A stretch of 43,619 bases of DNA, from positions 1 to 43,619 of the forward strand of contig CANCPZ010000003.1 of NCBI GenBank assembly GCA_947380175.1, read 5' to 3'. Source of the stretch: Bacteroidota bacterium (GTDB lineage: Bacteria; Bacteroidota; Bacteroidia; 2-12-FULL-35-15). The position numbers were made by a program, and so were the translations under genes. This document shows, piece by piece, positions 1 through 9,974 of the stretch. How positions within the stretch are numbered: position 1 is the stretch's first letter; every line of letters begins with the position of its first letter. The notes under the pieces are model-generated. The model was not told the DNA's origin and ran no database searches. It was given only the letters and a program-made list of their open reading frames with translations.

Positions 1-3000
1 TATTTTTTTATTTTTTCGAATTTAGATAACCCATCATATGTTAAACGCCAATTCGGTTTTGGCACTTTTGGAAATGCATTTAATGTTTGCCTATTGGGAT
101 TTTTACCCGAATACGCTGCTAAAAAAGCTGGTATTAATACATCCTGTGATGTTTCGTTATAACCTTCTGCAAATGCACCAACTGCACCATTTGAATTTGG
201 ATTATTTGCACCCAAACGAGCTGAAATACTAGCACGATTATTTAAAAAAGTTTGGAATGTTTTTTCTCCATCTTTTATGAAAGATGTTCGGTAAGACAAA
301 AATGACATGCTGAAATTACCTGTTTCAGTGGGGCTTTCGCTCTTAAAATGATCTACAACATTTACAACATTACCTGAACCATCGCGTATACTATCGCGCT
401 CCCTCCACCTAAAAAATTCATTGTTACTCCTCGATTGAGTTCTTAATGCAGTAACTTCAATTTTCAAATCAGGAAAAGGCTCAATATTAGCACGGATATT
501 AAGATTTTTGCTACTTGTTTTGATGTATGGGGTATTTAGTGACTGCGTTTTAACCAACCAGTCATTATTACTATTTGCATCTTCCGTACTTGCAATCGCT
601 CTCGGTCTAATATCTTGCTGGCTACCAAGAATAAAGCCCGTTGTTGGTCCAGCAAACTGATTATCCATTCCCATCATTTGAGTATACCTTGCATATCCTG
701 GAAGTATTGTACCATCTATAGTAGCGTATGTTACAGTAACATTTTTAACGCCCATAATTATTCGAGCTACATATTCCAAAATTTGATATTGATTATCCTT
801 TTCTTTTTTTGTAGAATCTTTATCTGTCTTAGAATCCTTGCTCTTTAAAGGAGGAAGAGATTTATTATTTTTGTTCGTTTTTGAGTCGCTATTTTTGCCA
901 ATTCCTTTTTGGTTAACCTTTTTAAAATATGGTATTTTATTGTAAAGTGTAACCATATTAAACTGACCACTCCAACTTATGCTTTTAGAATTCGAAATAA
1001 CATTTCCTAACGAATCTGCATTAAATGGAGCTCTAACCCAGCTGTAAGTACCTGTATAACGAACAGAAGCTGAAGTAAAATCCAATAAAGGCAATTTATT
1101 AATTGGTATCGTATAATTCAAATTAAACTGATGATTATATTGCGTAGTCTTTCCAAGTTCCATAATATTTTTCTTTATGGTATCTTTCTTTTCAGGAGTA
1201 TCAATTGCGCCAACAGGCTCCAAGATTCGAGACTGGTTAGTAGCTGTAAAATCAAGTTTTAAACCTTTAGTAATGTCGTATTTAAAATCATAATTACGAT
1301 TCCATGTAAAATGTTTGTTAAAGGTTGGTATAATAATTACATCTCCTCCTGTTGTATTCCTACTTTTAGAAGTATTAAACTGCCTATCAACATCCGTTGA
1401 AAACCCTAACTTGTTTGGCATTAAATAAAAATTAATATCCTTAATCAAGGCAAAATATTTTGACTGAAAAAGTGGCACTTTAACAAATGGTTTGTAATTT
1501 TTTGGGGTAGGTGCAAAGCTATAAATTAGGCCACCACGATAATCTTTTAAGTAATTATACTCTGTATTTACATTGTGTTTAAACAACTCGCTATATGAAT
1601 ATGAAGCAGCCCAATTTTCAACATCATAAATGTGGCTTTTTTTACTTCCTTTTCCTCTATCTTTTTTAACATTGGTAAAGTTGATGCTTCTGCGTTTCGT
1701 ATAATCCTGTGTTACATTTTTTATGGAATCTTTAACATTTTTTGGTAAGGAAGAATTCTTATCTATTGTGTTCGACAATAAAATATCGGGATCCAAAGGA
1801 TTGTATTGCGGAGTAATAAAAGTTTCGGATAAACCCAAATACATTGGAATGTGAATATTATACTCCTGAGGTAAAAATTTTCCTAATTCCAAACTTGATG
1901 AAACATCATATTGCTTTAAGGTTTCTCTCTTACGCTCCGATACCTTATTTTCAATACTACCAAAACCAGGAGTATACATATTACCAGACAAGGACAATGT
2001 TCCAAAATCGGCTAATTTGGCTGTAACACGAGCATTTGCTGCCCACCCTCCTTTTTGATCAAAATCGGTCAAACGCAATTCGTTTACCCAAACCTGCCCA
2101 CATTTTTGTAAGCCATCATCAGTATCTGAAGCTCCTCCCCTTTTAGGATTTCTAAGACCAATCATTATTGTTTTAATTGCACTTAAATTAGGATTTCCTT
2201 TAATAACAATTGTTCTGTTACCATCAGAAACCCTGTATTCCGAATTAAGCGTAACACCACCCCCTGCAACTAATGCAATGTTTCTATTTGTTTTCGCTTC
2301 CTGCAATTTAGCAAACTCCAAAATCATTTCATTGACTTCGGGCCAAACTTTGTATTGGTCATCGGTGTTTGTTCCGTTATAGCTACCTGGTGGAGTAACT
2401 TGTAATGGTATTTCATATTCGTAGTAATTGTCAGTAAAATCAGTACCTAACCTTACGAAAGCATGTATATCATTATTATGAAGAGGTGAGGATAAATCGG
2501 CTGACGCCTCCGCATGTATATACATTTTTAATTTTTTGTACGACCGAACATCTAGTTCTGTATTTTTATATGCAGCTCGCGATTGCCCATCTTCCAAATT
2601 ACAAACCGTAAGGGACATTGCCTGCTCATTTTGTTTTATAAGATTTGCAGATGCTGCATTTATTTCACGATCAATGCCTGGAGGCAATACATAGTTTACA
2701 GGCTGTTTACTACCGTTTTCTTCAATGTTTACAGCAGCAACATCAAACATCGTTAAATTATCATCATTGGGTATATAAATACCCGGGGTTAATAAATCAA
2801 AACCGTATTTTCTCCATTCATCACGCACCAATTCTAATCTAGCAAAACGTAAAACAATGGGCTTATCCGCGTTCTTTAAAAACATCCTTACAAAACGTAT
2901 AGACTGAAAATTATCGATAGTTCCTATTTTAGCTTCAGGAGATTTTAATGGGATTTTGAACTGATACCATTTTATTGGTTTTAAACTTCCATTTTTAATA

Positions 3001-6000
3001 TTTTGACCAGTAGTGCTATAAATATTGGTAATATAATTGCTACCAACATTATTAAAATCTCCAGGCTTTAAACTAACATGGTATTGAAAGTAACTTTCTA
3101 CTGTACTTAAATTATTATCGTGATTAACATCTTCAATATTCGGAATTGTTGTAGCAGAAGTTGGATACGATTGAGGAGATTGGCCTGTAGTTTTTGAGTT
3201 GCCTTCCATACCATTCCATTTCTTATATCGCTGTATAGTTTTTAGCCCTGCTGCATCATAATCGTCTCCACGAAAATAATGAAAATCATCTCCTGACGGA
3301 TCGGAACTATATTCAGCGAAAGCACTTGGGGCAATGGCTTGCACCTGAGATAAATAATTGCTAAAAAATGATTGTTCAGAGGTATTACTCAAACCATCTA
3401 ATCCAACATCCTGCGAAGCCCTATCGCCTTCAGAGGCATTAAAAGCGTTTACCAAAGGTTGAACACCAGGAACAACGCCCCACGGTGTGGCTTGTGTTGG
3501 AACATTTTGACCATTGTTTTGTGGCTGCGTACTTGGCGCTGGCAAACCATTTTCAGCACTTTTAAAACCGTCACGTAAAACATCTTCTGAAACATTTCCA
3601 ATATTAAAATACAAATCGCCGGTACTATTCGGATTTTGATTATCTGAATTAAATGGATCCATCACCCAAAACTGAATATATTCAATATTTGCAGCCTCAA
3701 AATCATTTGTTTGAACTGAACGCATAATTCCACCCCATCTAGTTTCAGGATCTTTCAGAGATCCATCCGATTTTAAACCTGAGGAAATTTGTGTTGGATG
3801 AGTATCGTAATTATATGGCCCGCGGGTACTAGGTTCGAATGCCAAATCAAGTGTTGCAATATTTATTGGTTGTCCACTAGGAGATTGTTTATTAGGAAAC
3901 ACTTCTGTTTCAGGAACTTCACGCACAAAGTTGTTCGACATATCGGTCTTATCGAGATTGGGAGGCGTTAAATTACTTGTCTGCCTTAAAAACAAGGGGT
4001 CAATTACATACCAAGATAATTTTGCCCTGTTAAATCCATAAGGCAAACTATCTAATCCCCCTTCAGGAAACATGTTGTTTGTTAATTGCCCTTGCGGTGT
4101 AGAAGCCAAACTCCAAGCACCTTGCGAACGCAAATCAATCGTAGACTGACTACCTTCAAAATCATCAATATATGAATTTCCACTTTTACCTATTGCTTTA
4201 CTATGGCCTGGTATAAGGTATGCAAATTCACCTGCTGCGGTAATGGTGCTCATTTCCTTCGTTTCAAGAAATGGTATTTTATCTATTAACCTAGTAAGAA
4301 AAGGCGCTTCCGTTCTATAATTTCCATCTAATCCCCAAATGGTGTTAGAAACAGGCTCATCGCCAATATTTATTTTTTTTGTTAGTGGGCGCTCCGTTAA
4401 ATTTAAAATTGTGCCTCCAATATTAAAATCTTTGTTAATCTTAAAATCAAAATGGGTACCAAACAATGTTTTTGATTGAATGGCAAATAATGCATTGCTT
4501 TCTAACGATATTTTTATGGGTGTTCCAGAATTTAAAATTCCGTCATTAATTATTTTAACTCGCCCTAAAGTATAATCTACTGTATAATCTACATTTTCGG
4601 TAAGCTTTACTCCACCTGCTGTTACAGTTACTGAACCCTGAGGCACATTGGGTGCGTTCAGCGAAATTTCAGAACCAGAAGAAGACTTGTATGTACCCTT
4701 TAATTTAAAACGATTAAGGTTTGGGAATTGTTGGGCTGATGTTTTAGTTGAATCGTATAGCTGATCGAAAACAAAACTACTTGCTAACAATGAGTTAGGT
4801 GGATGGAATTTAGATCTCAAATAATCTCCGAAAGGCTCAACAACAGGGAATATAACACGGCCGTTATTGGCATTAATTGTTACACCATCAATAAAATCAA
4901 ACATCCCATCCGCAATATGGTCGTTCTGCTGATTTAATTTATCCAAACTCAAAACTTGAATTAATGGTTTGGAAACAATTTCATACTCGTTTGCAGGAAC
5001 AGGTAAATAGTTGATATTTGTACCTGTTGCAGCATTCATATAAAAAACATTCAAGTTAAAATCCTGAGGGTTTATTTGATACGACCCTATAGAATAAACA
5101 TTTTTCATCATCAAATTCCACATAGGATGTTTTGTATTTGTGGTGGTACTCTTAAGCATTTTAGCATATAATGCTTGTGGTGCCGTTATTCCTCCATCAG
5201 CAAACTCTCCAACCTGATAAATTTGCCCTTGATAAGTGTATTGGTAAGAAACACAAAGTACCTGATCTGGATTTAACTGTTGATTTAAAGAAATAAAACC
5301 AAGTTTGGCGTTTAAGGTGTATTCGGAGGGTTGTAATTTTTTTGCATTTACTAATTCGTAATTAATGGTTTGTTGCATACTTTGATTTGTCAACGCTTGA
5401 ATACGAGGCACAGTAGAACTGATTGTTCTTACTAATACATCGCTGGAAAAGCTGGTATACAAACTATTTTGATTATTAAATGGTAACTTTCCTGAAGGGT
5501 CGGTATCAAACACAAACCCTCTCTGATTAAATGGAACATGAATAGTATCTTCTGCCAATTCTGAAAAACCAACTATACTCCTGATATCCGTTGTTGAATT
5601 ATTACTATTTGTTACCCACACTTCAATTCGACCAATATTGATGCCTGAATTAACAAATGGGAGATTTTGTAAAGCGGTGTTATATTGATCTCTGAAATAT
5701 TGTGCCAAGAAAAAATGTTTGTTAGCCTCATAAGCATCTCCAGCAATTTCGAATTTACTAACCTGCGCTCCACCAGTAACCTCAACTTCCGATTTTTTAC
5801 CTTTCTGTTGCGATAAAATATTTGTTAATGTTAATCTTCCAAATTGCAATTGAGTTTTAATACCAAATAGGGTTTGACTCCCTGTTATTAAAGATCCTGT
5901 TAAAGGCATACTTACATTACCGGCTTCAATTTTTTTAATAATTTCATCTTCATATCCAGTATATTCCAACTTCATTTGATTCTCAAAATCAAATGTAGCT

Positions 6001-6686
6001 TCAGTATTATAGCTAGTAGTTAATTTTAATTTATCTCCAATTTTACCGATTACATTTAACTGGATTTTTTCGTTAAAATCAAACGTTTTCATTTTTCGCT
6101 GTTTAACTGGTAATGCAGGGTTTTCGGTTTTTGAACCGTTGTATGCAAATATTAATTCGGCAGAACCATTCGGGCGAATATCAACAGTGTTACCACCAAA
6201 TATCCGGTCGAATATTTCTCCTCCAACATGTAACTTTGGAATAGCGCTATTTGCTTGCGCGTTTTTTGATTCGGCATGTGAGCGTGCATTCCAATAATTT
6301 TTCACTTGTTTTCTGAAGGCATAATCTTGATATTCTTCAGGCTCCATATAGGTTGGTGGACGATAATCCAAACCTCCCATTTTTTGATTAATGATGTATT
6401 GACCTGAAACGGGATCGTAATCTACATTGGTGTTAACATTCGAAGGATTATTTAGCATCAAGCCTCCCGAATTAGGATAATTTAATGGATCTTGAGCTGA
6501 ATGATCGGTATATGGATATGGTAAAACAACGGGAGTTATTGGGGTATCAATAACAACCAACTCCTCTTTATTATCAACCCATATAGAACTGTTGAAAGAA
6601 CTAGTATTTGCATTTAAGCCAACCACGATTGACAAGAACGCAATTAAAATACCTAAAACGCTATATTTTGTATACTTATTTAGCAA
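1..6686 (-). CDS. sprA: T9SS outer-membrane translocon SprA/Sov (3' end runs off the window; 2228 codons present)
   Basis: Manual translation of both ends. TTG at 6686, just after an in-frame TAA, gives the signal peptide (M)LNKYTKYSVLGILIAFLSIVVGLNA. The same frame at the left edge reads YDGLSKFEKIKK. The ORF track lists no minus-strand ORF here, consistent with one open frame lacking a stop in the window. The maeB-ruvA-sprA order is typical of Bacteroidota. Confidence 0.93.
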   Translation of the reverse strand, partial: MLNKYTKYSVLGILIAFLSIVVGLNANTSSFNSSIWVDNKEELVVIDTPITPVVLPYPYTDHSAQDPLNYPNSGGLMLNNPSNVNTNVDYDPVSGQYIINQKMGGLDYRPPTYMEPEEYQDYAFRKQVKNYWNARSHAESKNAQANSAIPKLHVGGEIFDRIFGGNTVDIRPNGSAELIFAYNGSKTENPALPVKQRKMKTFDFNEKIQLNVIGKIGDKLKLTTSYNTEATFDFENQMKLEYTGYEDEIIKKIEAGNVSMPLTGSLITGSQTLFGIKTQLQFGRLTLTNILSQQKGKKSEVEVTGGAQVSKFEIAGDAYEANKHFFLAQYFRDQYNTALQNLPFVNSGINIGRIEVWVTNSNNSTTDIRSIVGFSELAEDTIHVPFNQRGFVFDTDPSGKLPFNNQNSLYTSFSSDVLVRTISSTVPRIQALTNQSMQQTINYELVNAKKLQPSEYTLNAKLGFISLNQQLNPDQVLCVSYQYTYQGQIYQVGEFADGGITAPQALYAKMLKSTTTNTKHPMWNLMMKNVYSIGSYQINPQDFNLNVFYMNAATGTNINYLPVPANEYEIVSKPLIQVLSLDKLNQQNDHIADGMFDFIDGVTINANNGRVIFPVVEPFGDYLRSKFHPPNSLLASSFVFDQLYDSTKTSAQQFPNLNRFKLKGTYKSSSGSEISLNAPNVPQGSVTVTAGGVKLTENVDYTVDYTLGRVKIINDGILNSGTPIKISLESNALFAIQSKTLFGTHFDFKINKDFNIGGTILNLTERPLTKKINIGDEPVSNTIWGLDGNYRTEAPFLTRLIDKIPFLETKEMSTITAAGEFAYLIPGHSKAIGKSGNSYIDDFEGSQSTIDLRSQGAWSLASTPQGQLTNNMFPEGGLDSLPYGFNRAKLSWYVIDPLFLRQTSNLTPPNLDKTDMSNNFVREVPETEVFPNKQSPSGQPINIATLDLAFEPSTRGPYNYDTHPTQISSGLKSDGSLKDPETRWGGIMRSVQTNDFEAANIEYIQFWVMDPFNSDNQNPNSTGDLYFNIGNVSEDVLRDGFKSAENGLPAPSTQPQNNGQNVPTQATPWGVVPGVQPLVNAFNASEGDRASQDVGLDGLSNTSEQSFFSNYLSQVQAIAPSAFAEYSSDPSGDDFHYFRGDDYDAAGLKTIQRYKKWNGMEGNSKTTGQSPQSYPTSATTIPNIEDVNHDNNLSTVESYFQYHVSLKPGDFNNVGSNYITNIYSTTGQNIKNGSLKPIKWYQFKIPLKSPEAKIGTIDNFQSIRFVRMFLKNADKPIVLRFARLELVRDEWRKYGFDLLTPGIYIPNDDNLTMFDVAAVNIEENGSKQPVNYVLPPGIDREINAASANLIKQNEQAMSLTVCNLEDGQSRAAYKNTELDVRSYKKLKMYIHAEASADLSSPLHNNDIHAFVRLGTDFTDNYYEYEIPLQVTPPGSYNGTNTDDQYKVWPEVNEMILEFAKLQEAKTNRNIALVAGGGVTLNSEYRVSDGNRTIVIKGNPNLSAIKTIMIGLRNPKRGGASDTDDGLQKCGQVWVNELRLTDFDQKGGWAANARVTAKLADFGTLSLSGNMYTPGFGSIENKVSERKRETLKQYDVSSSLELGKFLPQEYNIHIPMYLGLSETFITPQYNPLDPDILLSNTIDKNSSLPKNVKDSIKNVTQDYTKRRSINFTNVKKDRGKGSKKSHIYDVENWAASYSYSELFKHNVNTEYNYLKDYRGGLIYSFAPTPKNYKPFVKVPLFQSKYFALIKDINFYLMPNKLGFSTDVDRQFNTSKSRNTTGGDVIIIPTFNKHFTWNRNYDFKYDITKGLKLDFTATNQSRILEPVGAIDTPEKKDTIKKNIMELGKTTQYNHQFNLNYTIPINKLPLLDFTSASVRYTGTYSWVRAPFNADSLGNVISNSKSISWSGQFNMVTLYNKIPYFKKVNQKGIGKNSDSKTNKNNKSLPPLKSKDSKTDKDSTKKEKDNQYQILEYVARIIMGVKNVTVTYATIDGTILPGYARYTQMMGMDNQFAGPTTGFILGSQQDIRPRAIASTEDANSNNDWLVKTQSLNTPYIKTSSKNLNIRANIEPFPDLKIEVTALRTQSRSNNEFFRWRERDSIRDGSGNVVNVVDHFKSESPTETGNFSMSFLSYRTSFIKDGEKTFQTFLNNRASISARLGANNPNSNGAVGAFAEGYNETSQDVLIPAFLAAYSGKNPNRQTLNAFPKVPKPNWRLTYDGLSKFEKIKK

Positions 6687-6707
6687 ACTGTAAAACCAAG
6701 TTTAATG

Positions 6708-7295
6708 TTAAAGATTTTTAAGTGCGGCTTTAATAAGCTGTTCAACTGTTTGTCCAGTGCCTTCGGTTCTGATAATTTTATCAAGAACCTTGTCGGCACC
6801 CTGTTTGTTAAATCCTAACATTACAAGTGCTGATAACGCTTCGTTTTTTAAAGTATTGTTTGGAGTAACAAAAAATTCTGATGAAACATCACTTTTACCC
6901 ATTTTATCTTTTAAATCAACTATAATACGTTGAGCTGTTTTTTCCCCAATGCCCTTAACGCTTTTTAACAATGCCACATTTCCTGTAAGAATTGCATTCT
7001 GTATTTCCAATGCACTTAATGATGAAAGCATTAACAATGCGCTTGTGCCTCCAACACCTGATACAGAAACTAATTTCCGAAACAAATCGCGTTCAGATGT
7101 GTCAGCAAAACCAAAAAAACGAGGCATATCGTCACGAACATAAACTTGTTCGGCAAACAATTTACATCTTTCTGATTCCCCAATTTTTGAAAATGTATTC
7201 AAAGAAATTTGCAATATATAACCAACTCCTGCAGCATCAATCACAGCATAAGTTGGTGTTTTTTCTACTAATTTTCCTTCTATGTGATATATCAT
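6708..7295 (-). CDS. ruvA: Holliday junction branch migration protein RuvA
   Basis: Motifs GVGY, LVSVSGVG, VKGIGEKTAQRIIVDLKDK and EALSALVMLGF. Start reassigned to ATG 7295 (MIYHIEGKL), which avoids overlap with maeB. Confidence 0.96.
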   Translation of the reverse strand: MIYHIEGKLVEKTPTYAVIDAAGVGYILQISLNTFSKIGESERCKLFAEQVYVRDDMPRFFGFADTSERDLFRKLVSVSGVGGTSALLMLSSLSALEIQNAILTGNVALLKSVKGIGEKTAQRIIVDLKDKMGKSDVSSEFFVTPNNTLKNEALSALVMLGFNKQGADKVLDKIIRTEGTGQTVEQLIKAALKNL

Positions 7296-7320
7296 TTTAA
7301 AAATTGTTATGCAAATAAAA

Positions 7321-9591
7321 TTATTTTTTAGCTTGTGCGTCAACAACAGCAATGGTTATCATATTAACAATTTCGCGGACAGAACTGCCTAATTGCAATA
7401 TGTGAACAGGTTTTTTCATTCCAATTAATATCGGTCCGATTGCTTCTGCATTACCCATTTCCTGAATCAATTTATAGGCAATATTACCTGTTGCTAAATT
7501 TGGGAAAATAAGTGTATTTACTTTTTTATCCACTAAATCTGAAAAAGGAAATTGTTCTTTTAACAAATCATTATTCAATGCAAAATTTGCTTGCATTTCA
7601 CCATCCACAATCATTCCGGGATATTTTTTGTGCAAAATTTCCGTTGCTTCTCTCATTTTATTAGGAACATCTCCTTCGGCAGAACCAAAATTAGAATAGG
7701 ACAACAATGCAATTCGAGGCGTTATATTAAACTGTTTAACACTATTTGCGGTAAGCACTGTAATGTCTACAATATCTTGTACAGACGGGTTCACATTCAT
7801 TGTGGTGTCAGCAAAAAAGAAGGGGCCTTGCTTTGTATTTAAAATATACATTCCAGCCACACGACTGGCGCCTTCCTGAACTCCAATAATCTGCAATGCT
7901 GGTCGAATTGGATCAGCATACTTTCTTGTAAGCCCTGAAATCATTGCATCTGCAACTCCTGTTTCTACCATCATTGCACCAAAATGATTTCGCTCTTTCA
8001 TTACTTTACGAGCTTCATACAAGGTAAAGCCTCTACGCTGACGCTTTTTATAAAACATATCTCCAAAAGCAATCCTACGCTCTTCTTCCGATTTATCACG
8101 CGGATCGATGATAGGAACATCGCCTAAATCGAGGCTATTTTCGGCAATCAGTTTTTTAATTTTTTCTACATCACCCAATAATATTGGTTTTGCAATACCT
8201 TCATCAAATACTTGTTGAGCAGCTTTTAAAATTTTATAATGATCTGCTTCAGCGAAAACAACGCGTTTTGGATTTTGTTTTGCTTTTTGAGTGATGGTTC
8301 TGATTAATTTATTATCAAGCCCCAATCGGTTAATAAGCTCCTGTTTATAAGCTTCCCAATCGGTTATTTTATGTTTAGCTACACCCGATTTTATTGCTGC
8401 TTTTGCAACAGCAGGAGCAACAGTATAAATTAATCGTGAATCAATTGGCTTTGGAATGATGTAACCAGCACCAAATGTTATATTTTTTGAACCGTAGGCT
8501 AAATTTACAGCCTCTGGAACGGGTTCTTTTGCTAATTCAGCAATAGCGTAAACAGCAGCAAGCTTCATATCCTCATTTATTTGAGTTGCTCTCACATCTA
8601 AAGCTCCTCGAAAAATGAAAGGAAAACCAAGTACGTTATTAACCTGATTAGGATGGTCGGAACGACCTGTTGCCATTATGATATCGGGGCGAGCTGCTAT
8701 TGCCTCGGCATAAGATATTTCAGGATTTGGATTTGCCAATGCAAACACAATCGGCATTTTAGCCATTGATTGAATCATTGTCTGACTTACAATATTCCCT
8801 TTCGAAAGACCAACAAAAACGTCAGCACCAACCATTGCTTCTTCTAACGTTTTTGCCTTTGTAGTATGGTTTACAAAAAATGTTTTCTGCTCATCTAAAT
8901 CATCACGATCAGGGCGTAAAACACCTTTGCTATCAAGCATTAAAATATTTTCCTTTTTTGCTCCTATGGATACGTAAAGTTTTGTACATGAAATAGCAGA
9001 TGCTCCGGCACCATTTACAACAATTTTAACCTCTTCAATTTTTTTTCCTGCTACTTCACAAGCGTTTAAAAGGGCTGCAGATGATATGATAGCTGTGCCA
9101 TGCTGATCATCATGCATCAAAGGAATATTTAATTCCTGTTTTAATCTTCGTTCAATTTCAAAGCATTCGGGAGCTTTAATATCTTCTAAATTAATTCCAC
9201 CAAAAGTAGGAGCAATTGCTTTAACCGTATTCACAAATAAATCAATGTCAGTTGCATCCACTTCAATATCAAACACATCAATGTCAGCAAATATTTTAAA
9301 CAACAAACCTTTACCTTCCATAACTGGCTTGGATGCCAAAGCTCCAATATTGCCAAGTCCTAATACAGCTGTACCATTTGAAATTACTGCAACTAAGTTT
9401 CCTTTAGCTGTATATTTGTATGCATCTTCTGGATTTTTTTCAATTTCCAAACAAGGCTCTGCAACACCCGGAGAATAAGCTAACGATAAATCGCGTTGAG
9501 AACTATAAGCCTTTGTCGGCACCACTTCTATCTTTCCTGGTCTGCCTTGTGAATGATAATCTAATGCATCTTGCTTTCTAAGTTTTTCCAT
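7321..9591 (-). CDS. maeB: NADP-dependent malic enzyme with C-terminal phosphotransacetylase-like domain
   Basis: 756 aa. Motifs LSLAYSPGVAEPC, NGTAVLGLG, FGGINLEDI, HDDQHGT, GAGASA and TGRSDHPNQVNNVLGFP. The PTA-like part has RVVFAE and DGEMQ. Confidence 0.96.
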   Translation of the reverse strand: MEKLRKQDALDYHSQGRPGKIEVVPTKAYSSQRDLSLAYSPGVAEPCLEIEKNPEDAYKYTAKGNLVAVISNGTAVLGLGNIGALASKPVMEGKGLLFKIFADIDVFDIEVDATDIDLFVNTVKAIAPTFGGINLEDIKAPECFEIERRLKQELNIPLMHDDQHGTAIISSAALLNACEVAGKKIEEVKIVVNGAGASAISCTKLYVSIGAKKENILMLDSKGVLRPDRDDLDEQKTFFVNHTTKAKTLEEAMVGADVFVGLSKGNIVSQTMIQSMAKMPIVFALANPNPEISYAEAIAARPDIIMATGRSDHPNQVNNVLGFPFIFRGALDVRATQINEDMKLAAVYAIAELAKEPVPEAVNLAYGSKNITFGAGYIIPKPIDSRLIYTVAPAVAKAAIKSGVAKHKITDWEAYKQELINRLGLDNKLIRTITQKAKQNPKRVVFAEADHYKILKAAQQVFDEGIAKPILLGDVEKIKKLIAENSLDLGDVPIIDPRDKSEEERRIAFGDMFYKKRQRRGFTLYEARKVMKERNHFGAMMVETGVADAMISGLTRKYADPIRPALQIIGVQEGASRVAGMYILNTKQGPFFFADTTMNVNPSVQDIVDITVLTANSVKQFNITPRIALLSYSNFGSAEGDVPNKMREATEILHKKYPGMIVDGEMQANFALNNDLLKEQFPFSDLVDKKVNTLIFPNLATGNIAYKLIQEMGNAEAIGPILIGMKKPVHILQLGSSVREIVNMITIAVVDAQAKK

Positions 9592-9631
9592 TCTATTGTT
9601 CTTTTATTTTTGCCAAAAAATAGGCAAGTTG

Positions 9632-9639
9632 CGAATATA
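9632..9639 (-). promoter_or_regulatory. Bacteroidota -7 promoter element for maeB
   Basis: TATATTCG on the minus strand (TAnnTTTG variant), 40 nt upstream of the maeB ATG. Confidence 0.5.
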
Positions 9640-9895
9640 ACAATTTATCAATAAACAATGGGGCTTTGTTGCTAAATAAAGCGATTGATTTAAGCGTGAT
9701 TTATTATACACAATAAAGGAGGAAGTAAGATAGATTTAACAGACTTTTAAAACTATAAAATAAATCAGAAATGAAAAAAATAGTTTTGTTTACTATGAGC
9801 GGAATAATTGGGTTTAAATACAATTTCCTTAGACAAAAAGAGTTCATTAATTAAACTGAACAATTTGATCGGGTATCCATTGTTTTTAAAAAACA

Positions 9896-9937
9896 TTCTA
9901 ATCTAAAAACATTTAGAACAATCTTTTTAGATTAGAA
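9896..9937. repeat. Perfect 14-bp inverted repeat (operator-like)
   Basis: TTCTAATCTAAAAA - 14 nt - TTTTTAGATTAGAA, upstream of the gene starting at 9975. Confidence 0.8.
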
Positions 9938-9974
9938 CGAGAAAAATAGCAATCTTTGCAACCAAAATTATTCA

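Noticed and set aside
38-3971. Short plus-strand ORFs at 38, 615, 1844, 2645 and 3789
   Set aside because: They are antisense to sprA and have no recognisable motifs.
7296-7352. N-terminal extension of ruvA overlapping maeB
   Set aside because: RuvA similarity begins at ATG 7295, so the extension is an ORF-caller artefact. The same applies to radA (18846) and meaB (40040).
9715-9722. AAAGGAGG Shine-Dalgarno-like sequence
   Set aside because: No start codon lies at a usable spacing, and Bacteroidota rarely use SD sequences.
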